Shown here in pieces: positions 38,400 through 49,240 of a stretch of DNA of 64,000 nt (its first letter is position 1; each line of letters starts with the position of its first letter). The position numbers and the translations under genes were made by a program. The DNA is from Neoechinorhynchus agilis (Eukaryota > Animalia > Acanthocephala). The notes beneath the pieces were generated by a model, which was not told where the DNA came from, searched no databases, and worked only from the letters and a program-made list of their open reading frames with translations. The stretch is taken from positions 9,067,480 to 9,131,479 of the forward strand of contig CM121342.1 in the NCBI GenBank assembly GCA_051530055.1, read 5' to 3'.

Positions 38400-38678
38400 G
38401 AAGGCAAAAGTAACTTTTATTGGCTATCCAATTCATTCCACATATCTCCTGTTATATTGGCCAGCCAAGGGAGGAGGATGAAGGAACATCGCTATTCACT
38501 GAAGAAACAGGGCACGAACTCCGCTGTGGTTTCCCACTCTCTGAAGCGTGTTATCATCGAGGCCATGTTCATTCAGGGAGCCAATACTTTCGAGGGAAAC
38601 AAGACAGATTATTCCTTAAAGTCTAGGATACCTCCGGATACGACAATGATGTTTCCAAATTCCTTTTCAGATAATTGA
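38400..38678 (+). mobile_element. Penelope-like GIY-YIG endonuclease 3' fragment
   Basis: CYIGQ, RRMKEH..SAVVSH, KRVIIEAMFI; immediately followed by a hammerhead motif. Confidence 0.65.
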
Positions 38679-38718
38679 CTGAAGAAGTCCAGCGTGATTG
38701 GACGAAATATTTCAATTA
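38672..38718 (+). ncRNA. Minimal type-I hammerhead ribozyme (Penelope type)
   Basis: Stem I taattga/tcaatta, CUGAAGA-A, stem II gtcca/tggac, GAAA, palindromic AUAU stem III, predicted cleavage after AUU (38711). Confidence 0.8.
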
Positions 38719-38924
38719 AAGTGATTCTTTGATATAATTTTTTCCCCACCGCCACATACTCATGGATTTTATCTTTAACTATTGATTCATTCCCCAGGTA
38801 ATTTTTATACCGTGATAAAGGCCCAAGATTCTACCGAAATATCTGATTTTAAATATAAAATCATTTTAATTTCTACGCCAGAAAACAACCTATATGAATA
38901 ATTCAATCTTCGAACTGTATTTTA

Positions 38925-39037
38925 TTCGCGTTTGGCTACGGAAGAATCGAAATGCAGTGACGTCAATAGCAAAAGACGTATTCGAAGTTTATTTAAACGT
39001 AGAAAAATAATAGTCCCATTTGATTTTGAGCTATTCA
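38925..39037 (+). repeat. ~113-bp dispersed repeat (second copy 47127-47238)
   Basis: ttcgcgtttggc.acggaagaatcgaa...gtgacgtcaata...tttgattttgagctattca shared by both copies. Confidence 0.8.
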
Positions 39038-39041
39038 TGAC

Positions 39042-39127
39042 GAACCTTGGGAAAATGTCGGAATAATCCAACAAGTGAAATAAATTGGTGAATTTAAATC
39101 CGGGCGGAGTGGCAAAACTAAAAAAAG
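39042..39127. mobile_element. Solo end of the ~205-bp-unit foldback element
   Basis: aaccttgggaaaatgtcggaat...gggcggagtggcaaaactaa matches ~10806-10885. Confidence 0.8.
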
Positions 39128-39402
39128 AGTGTATTTTTACCTATGAAGATACTAATCTAAGACATAAATGATTTTTTGAGCTTTTGAAGATGATTTTCGT
39201 CTCGTATAAGCCGAAATAGATTCGGAATCTTGATCCTTCTTGTCTCGAGCGAAAGATTTAATCTAGAACTAAAAAAAGAATTTTAGGGAGTTTATAAGAA
39301 AATCGAATCCCTTATAATGCGGTTCTAAGATCAATTTACATTTCGACCTAAAAAATCCGTCGCGTTCTTTTTATGGAAATTCTTTAGAAAAATTGTGAAC
39401 AA

Positions 39403-41458
39403 ATGTCTAAATCGGATTTCGAGTTCGGCAAGATTATTGGTGATGGCTCTTTTGGCAATGTGAGTGTATTCTTCCCACAAATGCATATAGTAAGAAGCCT
39501 TTTAAAATTTTCTAGGTATTTTTAGGAAAACGAAAAGAGGACGGTCAAGAGTTTGCAAGTAAGTTATGAGTTTTTCTTGCTTTCAGTTTTAATTTCCATT
39601 TAGTCAAATGTCTTGAGAAGCGGTTTATCGTTGCTAACAAATTTACGGAATATGTTTTCGTGGAAAAGAATGCATTGCTGAAACTGTCTGATTGTGTATT
39701 TTGCGTTTTGCTCTACTGTACCTTCCAAGACTCCTCTCATCTCTGTGAGTGTTTCTTTCAATAGCAAGTTTTACCATTGAACAAAGAAGATGAACTATGA
39801 GTCCTCGTGAACACTTGAACTCGCGATAGCTTTCCCCCGACCGGATTCGAAAAAATATTTCCACCTAACCGAACCCAGTCTTTGTGGAATTTTGGTGATC
39901 AGGAAAATAGATATCGATTTATGTTAATTCAAAAATATGTCATTTATTTCGTCGGACTTCTTCAACAAGTTGCTTAGAAGTTTAATCAACTGTGAATACA
40001 AACAACCTACTGACGAAATATTTTTGAATTAACATAAATCGATATCTATTTTTCTAATCCCCAAAAATATTGAACTGTTCATATTTTGGTTGTTTTATGG
40101 CGCATAGAATAATTTATAAAAAAAATTAAATCCGATTGGATGGGCACAATCTTGTGATGAAAGCGTTTATATCACAAGGTTGCCTGTAAGTTTTTTCAAC
40201 TGTGAAAGCTTCTGAAACCAATCGGATTTATGTGCCATAAAGCAACTTTTCACACGATCCCTTAACCTGTCCTGACTATTTTCTCATTTTAGACTATGCC
40301 CTCGAGTATTGTCCGAATGGCAGTATGTTCGATATGATAATCAAATACGGAAAATTGAGTCCAAAATGCGCAGCCTTTTACTTAGCTGAAGTATCCTTAG
40401 CGATTGCGTTCATGCACTCTCGTCTGATCATACATCGAGACCTTAAACCGGAGAATATATTGCTCTCAACGCGAAACCACATTAGACTTTCTGATTTTGG
40501 ATCTGCGCGAATTTTAACTAGTGAAAGCGAGCTGGGCACCGAGGATGAGTACCCGGAAACGGATCAAGATTATGAACAAAAAGACGCAGAAGTCGGAGAT
40601 GAAACAGTAAAAAAGAAAAGACGAAACTCTTTTCTCGGTTCGCCACAATTTGTGACTCCTGAAGTGTTAAAACAATATCCACCGCATTTCGGATCTGATT
40701 ATTGGGCTCTTGGTTGTCTTCTTTTCCAGTTTTTGACCGGAAAACACCTATTCACTGGACCGTATGTTTTCTGTAAAACGATTTATTTAATAAGATTTTG
40801 CATATTAATAGGCACAAATTCGATATCTTTCAATTGATTCTTAATTTGAAGTATTACATTCCTTATCGAGTTATTCCCAAGGAAGCCGAGGACTTTATAA
40901 ATTCTTTAATCGTTTGGAATCCAACAAAACGACTTGGTGTAAACGACTTTGGTGAAATCGAAAACCACCCATTTTTCCAGATATATCTCGATCCTAAACT
41001 AACGGAGGAACGATGGACCTGTCAAGCTTTTGAGCAGTTATATCCCCCGCTCGGTGACCGTGAGTGAAATGAGTACATGGAGAAAAATTTTGTTAAATAG
41101 TCGATTAGAAAAAACATTTTAAATCTTCATTACACATTTTAAATTCAAAAAGCTGCTGTGAATACAAGCGAGATTTTACATCACCGCACTGGATCACTCA
41201 GCTGCCGTCCTGGTGTTGTAACGGTCGAAAGGACGCAATTATGGAATCAACTAATGTTTGCAATGGCAAGCCGGTTTTGTATTAATTAAGTAACATCACT
41301 CGGCTTTTTAGTTTTTTCTTCTTGGCATGAAGCCACACCGATCCCTTACATCAAGGGAGAAGTGATTGAATTCCTTAGACTCTGATGAAACGAGTTCGTA
41401 CGCATCCCCGTCCGGATTCTCAGATAACTCCCGAGGAAGATGCGGGACTCATCAGTGA
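39403..41458 (+). CDS. PDPK1: PDK1-like (3-phosphoinositide-dependent) Ser/Thr kinase; 3' end uncertain
   Basis: DFEFGKIIGDGSFG, IKCLEKRFI, LYCTFQD, IIHRDLKPENILL, SDFGSA, NSFLGSPQFVTPE; canonical introns (e.g. 39460-39515, 39559-39603); probable last exon ~41379-41458. Confidence 0.8.
39888..40067. mobile_element. MITE-like hairpin in PDPK1 intron
   Basis: Perfect 35-bp inverted repeat 39904-39938 / 40018-40052, extending ~15 bp outward with mismatches. Confidence 0.85.
40090..40245. repeat. Second intronic hairpin element
   Basis: ttatggcgcat..aaatccgattgg / ccaatcggattt-atgtgccataa plus inner cacaatcttgtgat / atcacaaggttgc. Confidence 0.65.
41182..41231 (-). mobile_element. Extreme 3' tip of the CRE-like element
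   Basis: Identical to 22580-22626 apart from a 3-nt insertion. Confidence 0.75.
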
Positions 41459-42643
41459 GTTTTCTCCTCTTCCCTTCAGCGGTATCCAATGACTCGGAGG
41501 GATGCGTTGTTCAGGGTATCAAGTGATTCAATCACTTCTTCCCTGATTCAAAATATCGGTTTAATGTGTGTCTAAAAGGGAAAAAGCGAATAAAGAATTA
41601 TCTGAACATTTAATTTTGTTATGAACTCAAAAAAACAGTCGATTTTCAATTGGTTAAATTATTTATAGATTAATATTATAGAATTGAAAAGAACACAGTG
41701 AATTTTTAAACGGCATTGGTAAAAAAGAATTCCATGATCTCTTAATTTAGAAATTAATGATTTCGATCATATGAATAGGTTTGATATCGTACCAATAAAT
41801 CGGGAAGCAGCCGAAATAAATTGCATCGTTTTGCAGAAGTTTAACTTTTGAACTAACATTTAATCCTTCATCGGAAAACTTTGAAAGTTCGTCAACAATA
41901 TGAGTCTAATGCTGCGCAAAATCGAACACAAGCGACTTTCAGTGAAGCGTCTATATTATAAATTTAAAAAAAATTGAAATTGTCAAGTTTTGCGAAATTC
42001 TTGAGCATAATACGCAGATCCTTCATGAAAACTTTCACCTTTAAACATGAGAGTTTTAAGTAACGGAAATATAAGTCTTACCAAAATGTTACCTTTAAGG
42101 ATAACTGGTAAACCAAAAATTCTGTTGTTTAATTTCTGAATACTAAAATCTCCTTGCAGGTTATCATTTTATAAATCTTTTAGTTGAAATCTTTTTTCCT
42201 AAATAGATGCCCAATTGTTTTGGCTATCAAAGTAAATAGTCGATCAGTCAACGTACTTTTAGAGGCAAGGTCAATAATTAAGAGCGGCTTTTCCCCATGC
42301 ATTCATTTCCCAAGGGAATCAACGTCTTTTCAGTTTGAACGACTCTTCCATTTGACTCTGATGACCTCATTAAGCGGGTTAAATTCGCGTCGTTCAGTAC
42401 CATTTAAAGCGCTGATGCAACGACCTGATGAATTTGAACCTTCTCTTTTTCTCTCGACATCCGTGAATCTGCTTCTTTACTGAAGTCGGTCATATAGATC
42501 ATTTCCTCTCAGCCAGTATTTATCTTTAATGTTGACATTCCCAAGCATTTGTGCTCTTTCTCCATGTCTGCCTCATTGTGCTTCCGCCGTGCCTCTCTTT
42601 CCTCTTCCTCTCAGTGGTCGACTACGCATTCTTGAGGTTTAAG

Positions 42644-45029
42644 ATGCAGAAATCAGCTCCATCATCATCATTAGAGCAAAAAGTTGGTTTTGACGCCCTT
42701 CCAGAACAACTGGTTCATCGATCGTCTCAATCCGGTTTTTGCTTTAATCTCCTATGTGTAGGAGAACCTTCAATCGGAAAAACCACGCTTATTCGGTCTC
42801 TGTTCGCTCTACCAAACAATGGAGAAAAATCAGCACCCAATGTACCATTGAATGGTCGGGTTCCTCAAGGCGATCAATTAGTTTCACTTAGAGAACATCG
42901 ATTCGATCTCATTGAAAGCGGCATAAAACTTCGACTAAGAGTAATCGAAACTGCAGATTATGGCAATCAAACAGATAAACGAGAATGCTATAGACCCATT
43001 TGCGAGTTCATCGATGCTCAGTTTCAAAAGGCTCTCGATCTAGAACTTCATGTGAAATCTTATTGTGGACAAACACTCGATCCCATTCCACTTGATCGTG
43101 ATCCTTGCGTTCATGCTTGTCTGTATTTCGTCATTCCTACAGGCCATTCAATCAAAGCAATCGATTTGATAACAATGAAGGAACTTGCCACTAGAACGAA
43201 CCTGATTCCTATTATCGCAAAGGCGGACGCATTAACCAACTCTGAATTGGTTGAAATGAAAAAGAACATTAAGAATGATTTAAAAGATATTAAGCTTTAT
43301 CAGTGGCCGGTGGACGATGAAGTGGTTAGTGCGTCTAATAAAGCCATGAATGAAAGGATGCCGTTTGCAGTTGTTGGTTCGTCAGGAAAGGTGAAATTGG
43401 AGGGTGGTGGAGAAGCTGTGCGTGGACGAGCTTACAAATGGGGAACTATTCAAGTAAGGTGAAATGTAAATGTCAACTATGAGGGTTGGTTTTCTTTTCT
43501 TTAATTCGACAAATTGAAACTCATTTAATTTTTATTAGATAGCTTGTCTCACTATTCACTTGGCCGGTGTGAATCAAACAGAACGGAATAAAGCTCATTT
43601 AGACAACCATTTGGTGTTGTAAGAATGTTTTTTGCGATAATTATTGCTAATCGTTTTGTTTTTGTCACCCTTTTTGAGGAAAAAACCCCAAGTAGAATAT
43701 CATTTGAAGAAGAATCGTTATTTGATTTTAGTTCAACAATTAAATCCCCAGGCTGATATTGTTGGAGCAAGTTGAACACCGCCTTTTCTTTAAACTAATA
43801 GACAGAAAAGAGGACATCAACAAATTCCACTACTATCGTTCTCGCTCTACTTATACTTTAGCCAAAATTATGTTTGTTTATTACCAAGGCGAATGCTTTA
43901 AATAAAGAGAAGGATCATGAAATTCAACACCATAAAACATTTCTATAACATAGATTTAAAATTGACTTTTACAATTGCAAAACTTTTAGTCTACACTTTA
44001 AACGTTTAATTTTTACCAAGTGTTGAAGTAAGCATCATCTCTTTACGATTGATTATTTTCCTTTTGGGCACACAGCTAATCGAAAATCAGATTTCAACAC
44101 TAAAAGAAGGATAAATGATTTTTGGAAATTTAAACAAAAATAGAAATGTCGGTATGTGAAGTACCGGTGAATGTGATTGGAATTATTGTTTAGAAGTCTT
44201 CACCCGCGGTAAATGATTATTTGTCAAAGACGTTTCGAACCTCGTAGGGTTCACCATCAGTTTGTTTGTGTCTTTTAATAACTAACAAACTGATAATGAA
44301 CCCGGTGAGGTTTAAAGAACGTCTTTAATAAATAATCATTTACCGCTTGTGTAGGCTTCTAAACAATAATTCTAAACAAAAATAAATTTCAAGGTTATCA
44401 TAATTCTCGCTCGACCTTGGTTCCAATATACGTAAAAAATTTGTTTCTTAACTCTCGCTGATACTAAACGACTACTACATTCACCACTAGAGAACGAACA
44501 TCACTGCGACTTTGTTTACCTCCGTGAAACGTTGATTCGGACGAACATGTTGGATTTGATTGATCGGACGCACAGTGTTCAATACGAGGCGTTTCGGAAG
44601 CGTCGTTTGTGTGATCGATTGGGCGTTACGTCTCAAAAATCGCTTAGTGGTGACCAAAACGATGTTGTAGCGAGACTGATGGACGCCTATAGCGAGCGTC
44701 GATCTAGTCAAAGAAAAGAAATGGCAGACGAAGAAGAGAAATTGAAACGAGAATTCATTGATAAAGTTAAGAGTAAAGAAGCTGAATTGAAGGAATTGGA
44801 GCGTCAAATCTTGAATGAACTGGTTGAAGTAAAGCAATGGTATCGTGAGCAGAAAGAGGCGCTTGAACACGAATGGAATGAGTTGAACGCAGAAATCGCG
44901 AATGTTAACGGAGCTGCAAAGAAGGCATCAAACACGATCACCGGAGCGCCATGTGCTTCTAATGGGTCCACGCTTAGCTCGATAAAGGTGGGCGGTGGCC
45001 ATGGACCTTTTGGGAGAAAGAAAAAGTGA
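42644..45029 (+). CDS. SEPT6: Septin, SEPT6/8/10/11 group; exons 42644-43456 and 44490-45029
   Basis: VGFDALPEQLV, GFCFNLLCVGE..GKTT, HACLYFV.PTGH, IAKAD, MPFAVVGS, RAYKWGTIQ-VENEHHCDF, C-terminal coiled coil; symbol is group-level only. Confidence 0.93.
43455..44489 (+). other. TA-bounded inverted-repeat intervening sequence in septin (1033 nt removed)
   Basis: TA-a-ggtgaaatgta...tacattcacc-ac-TA; removal restores WGTIQVENEHHCDF. Confidence 0.82.
44146..44372. mobile_element. Palindromic foldback element (~193-bp hairpin 44180-44372 plus ~35-bp one-sided tail)
   Basis: gaattattgtttagaag...cttctaaacaataattc; inverted sister copy at 51871-52057. Confidence 0.85.
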
Positions 45030-47270
45030 TCGAGTTTGTCTTTGTGGGTCTCTGGGATCTTTTGAGCGCCTTAAGCGGTGCCCGATGTTTCTACACCATT
45101 TAGATAAATCGTACGGGCCATATTAGTAGTCCCATTAATCTCGGAATCGACTGTATTTATAACTGTAAGGAAACTCGTGTTCCTACAAAGTCGGAAATCA
45201 AAAAAGAAATTATAAACCAAGACTGAAAAAAACCATTTGGTGCTTTATTAATGTTAAGTCCTGGGCTGTTCGTCCTACCCAATCAGAGATGCTTAGGAAG
45301 AGTGTGGTGTCGACGATCAATGCTCCACTGGGGAAAAACAAAGAAATCCCTTTTGACTCTTCGTTGATTTTAATGACTCAGGAGTCGAAATTATAGTATA
45401 CATGACAGAGACATTAAGTGCGTTTGACTTTTAAACTTAATCGTCACATAGCGAATATAAAATTCAGTAGCAATTTGACGTAGAATATTTCGGTGTTTTC
45501 TTTTTATATCTCCATACAAATCCTTGTTGTTCTTAAACGGACTTAGGAGCCTACGACGAGGGGCGAGTGAAGAACTATGCGAGATGAGATCTGTCTTTTG
45601 GAAAAATATTAAGGACACTGACAACGTTATGTAACCAAGGTTAAAAAATAGTCGGTCGCAACTATTTTTTATCAGAAAATCAGAAAGGTGATGGAGGATA
45701 AAGATGTTTCGGCGTTCCCATTAGAACTTTAACAATTTTTCAAAGGTTAATAAGAACGGACATTATATGACCACAATTTGTCGTTCAAATGAAAATCCCC
45801 CTGGCCGTAGATTGGGCAATCCTGTTGTAGACAAATACGGCCAACGTTTTGCTTTATTGTGATTGAAAATCACCTCATTTAAAAAATGAATGTTGTTGAA
45901 ACATTGACGGCCGTCTCTTTATTATGTTCAACCACATTCCGTTGTTTCTAAAAAGAAAAAGAAGCACCAAATTCATTTTTACCCAGAGAGGATATACATT
46001 TTAAGAATGTTAAAACCATTCACAGGTTTCCACAATTTCGTATGCAAATGCACTGCAAAAAAAGTTTGGAAAGACAATTACGTTTCGATTTGTTTGATCG
46101 GGTTCTTTTTCATCGATTTTTGCACTATGGACGTTTAAGTCAGCTAAAACTCACTTGTACGTTCAAAGTTACTTTTAGCACTTAAACCGATAAACGTAAT
46201 TGAACCGAGTTTTTTGATGGATAAATGAACGTGGCTGTTGATTCGAAGAAAACCGGAGATAATTCTTTTAAACAAAATTTGGCTCTGATGATTTAATTGG
46301 CCTATATTTCGTCAAAGTCATAATTAACAATTTTAAATCGTTAATATTTCGGAGACAACCTCGTGTCTTTATCAACATTGTTTGGAAGTTCCTTTCATCT
46401 ACTTTCAAGCAACCTTGATAAAAAGGCGTTCAAGATTGTGGCTCCGAAAATAATCGGATTTAATAAAATTCCTTTAATTTTTCACTCGCCGCTAATTCCC
46501 ATTTTTATCGGATCAAAAACTTCGGCTTGATATATTAATAAAAGAAACCCTGATAAAAAAGCGTTCAAGATTGTGGTTCCGAAAACAATATGATTTAATA
46601 AAATTACAAAAAAATGTAATCTTCAAACAAAACCGCTAATAGCAAAGTCTTAATTTTTTGGGAAATTTTAATAACAATGTTGTATCGTAACTTCTCAGCA
46701 GTAAATTCGTTTATATGTTTTATATCCTTATATTCACCAAGCTGGCTAATCAGCAGTCTAACTATTTTATTGTTTTAACAACCCAAAAACCACATCATCA
46801 CAAGGAACACGTGATGACACTCACAGTCGATTATGTTCATCACAATATGCAATAGCAAATCTCAAAAAATACCAAAATTTTAAATATTATATGTAAAAAC
46901 AAACATCAAAGAAAGTCATGCGAATTCGTGAAATTACGAGCGATATTTCGATAAAGTATTGAAAAATGAAACTGCTCATGATTCTTGTGTAGTGGCGACA
47001 AAAATTATGTAAATTTATTGAACCGATCGAAAACAATCTTGATAGAAGCTCTGAATTGAGCCGAAACATCGATTCAATTAATTTACACAGTTTTTGTCGC
47101 AACTAAGCGATAAATTAAATGTCTTGTTCGCGTTTGGCCACGGAAGAATCGAACCGTAGTGACGTCAATAACCACCCGTCATTTGAAGTTTATTTAAACG
47201 TAGAGAAATGATAATTCCATTTGATTTTGAGCTATTCAAAAAATTATTCTTAAATTATACGTATTTACGA

Positions 47271-47405
47271 TAATAACACGTTTATTTGTTAATTAGCAAA
47301 GAGAAGGATCCATGAATCTTTGGGTTCTTCATGAACACTCGAATTTGCAAGAAATTGATTTCGGTACTTCTTTAAGATTCGTGCAGAGATTTGAAGAATT
47401 TTTTT
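47271..47405 (-). mobile_element. Short retroelement with shared 3' tail (copy 4)
   Basis: Closely similar to 31799-31941. Confidence 0.65.
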
Positions 47406-47640
47406 CCTAGATAAGTTGACTGGTCTGAAAAAAGTTGTTTTTGGTAGCGTCCAATCAACCGAAGTTTCAAACAATAGAATTTTACAAAAAAGACTGATAC
47501 AATCAACGACTTGAATCCATACCTCTAATTGATTAAGAGAAAATATGCTAAAGCGTCTTTCTAAGAAATCTCACCATCACTCATAACCAAATAAGCATTA
47601 TTGCGTTTTCCATCGCATTCACGCGCGTGTGTGACAGTTA

Positions 47641-48624
47641 TCATCGTCCTCCTTGAGCATCATCGAAATCTCCTTCAAGCAACAAATTTGCGGCTGCTTC
47701 TTCGTTTTTATCGCAAGCGAAATAAGCCTGAATGCAAGCAAGCTCGCTATATCCTAGATCTTTAAGACGTTCAATGGCTTGTTTGTCCCGATCGTCCAAA
47801 TTAAACCCCTGTGGCATCGTTGGGAATTGTTGTGGAGGAAGAACCGGTGCCGCAGCAGCCATATGATCATTGCCCGAGCTGCTTGGTGGTACTGAAGCGT
47901 CATCCGAGTTTAAAAGTTCAAGAAAAGCATCAGGGTTTGTTTCGATAAATCGAAGAAAATCCGGATTTTGTTCTCCGATTTGAGCTACGAGACTCGAGAG
48001 CATGTTTGGGTCGGATTGTACAACCCGACGAAGTTGAGCGAATCCCGGCTGTGTTCGGAGGATCTGCAAAGTCGCTGTTGGATCCTGGGAATCGAAATCG
48101 GCCGGAATAGATAGACTGATTGCCGACGACGACGATGCCGGTGTATTGATTGCGTGTGAAGGAATACTGTCGGTTGCCAAATACTCCACGGCACGTTCTG
48201 GATTATAAAAACTCGCTTGAAGTGCTCGTTCAACTTTATTCCTCTCAAATCCCATATCGACCAATCGTGTGACGAGTTCATTACGACCAACAGTACCACC
48301 GGCAAACCCCGAATAGTCCTCTTGAGGAACAGAAGGGATTTGTGGGGCAATTGCTTGTGGTGGCGGGGGTGGGGGTGGCGGAGGCATCTCAACCTTTGGT
48401 TTGTTGCACATTACAACTACAAAGCTCTTTTCAGAGATATTGTGATCGGCAAGGGTCATCTCGTCCTTTAACATGTTCCCGGCTGAAATAAGACGCATAC
48501 CATCAAGTCGAAATCGACTGGGGTCGTGATTTACAACAACGTCTTTAACATCCGAAATCTTAGTTGACGGATCCAAATCCAAGTGAAACGTGAAATTATC
48601 CAACGTTTTGAACAGAAGCTTCAT
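47641..48624 (-). CDS. RAD23: UV excision repair protein RAD23 (UBL-UBA-XPCb-UBA), intronless
   Basis: MKLLFKTL..LISAGNML, LVDMGFER..ALQASFYNPERAVEYL, LRTQPGFAQLR, AIERLKDLGY..QAYFACDKNEEAAANLLL. Confidence 0.97.
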   Translation of the reverse strand: MKLLFKTLDNFTFHLDLDPSTKISDVKDVVVNHDPSRFRLDGMRLISAGNMLKDEMTLADHNISEKSFVVVMCNKPKVEMPPPPPPPPPQAIAPQIPSVPQEDYSGFAGGTVGRNELVTRLVDMGFERNKVERALQASFYNPERAVEYLATDSIPSHAINTPASSSSAISLSIPADFDSQDPTATLQILRTQPGFAQLRRVVQSDPNMLSSLVAQIGEQNPDFLRFIETNPDAFLELLNSDDASVPPSSSGNDHMAAAAPVLPPQQFPTMPQGFNLDDRDKQAIERLKDLGYSELACIQAYFACDKNEEAAANLLLEGDFDDAQGGR

Positions 48625-49240
48625 CTTTGTCTTCTACAAAAATCGGACGAAATCAAAAGCGCGCACAGTAATGAACCGCGGGCGCGGAAGAATCGTCAAA
48701 GAAAACATGCTTACTGCGTCATCGTGACGTTAGGAACAAAACGTCTTCAGTACACGAAAAAAGAATCATCTCCTTTTGCCTAGTGACAGCAGGCAACAAA
48801 AATCCAAGTCCTCAAATTTTGTAGACAAAAAAACGGCGCTAAGTGATCACTCCACCTTATCATTGATCTCCGTGTTCTTCTGAGGTTTTTTTTATCGTCG
48901 TCGCTATGTCTTATTTCCACGAAAACCCAGTCTTACAGAGAAAGCAGACGTAGTTTCGTCGCTTTGAGACGTTAGTTCGGTTTTTCGGTAAACTTTTGAA
49001 TCGAGCAGTCCAATTTCGAAAATTCTTCATTCAACAGTGAACAATTCTAGACGATGTTACCCGCTGAATATTGATCGCTATTTATAAAAATATGGAACAA
49101 AGAATAAAGGTTTTTTATTTGGAAACGAGTGGACGGCGGCATTTCTATCCGTTCCTTGAAAAGTTCATTATGTCGTATTCTTTTCAAATGTTCGTAAATA
49201 CTTGATTCCTTGGATTATTGTCTCTGTAACGAAGGGAAAA

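Noticed and set aside
39945-39965. Minus-strand UUGAAGA-AGUC-C-GAC-GAAA
   Set aside because: C3 is missing and the loop is 1 nt; it lies within a MITE arm.
41380-41460. Hairpin beginning CTGATGA
   Set aside because: No stem II/GAAA arrangement; better explained as the last PDPK1 exon.
44487-48783. Antisense or alternative-frame ORFs over septin and RAD23 (likewise over TKT, RTE and Musashi)
   Set aside because: Shadow ORFs of real coding sequence.
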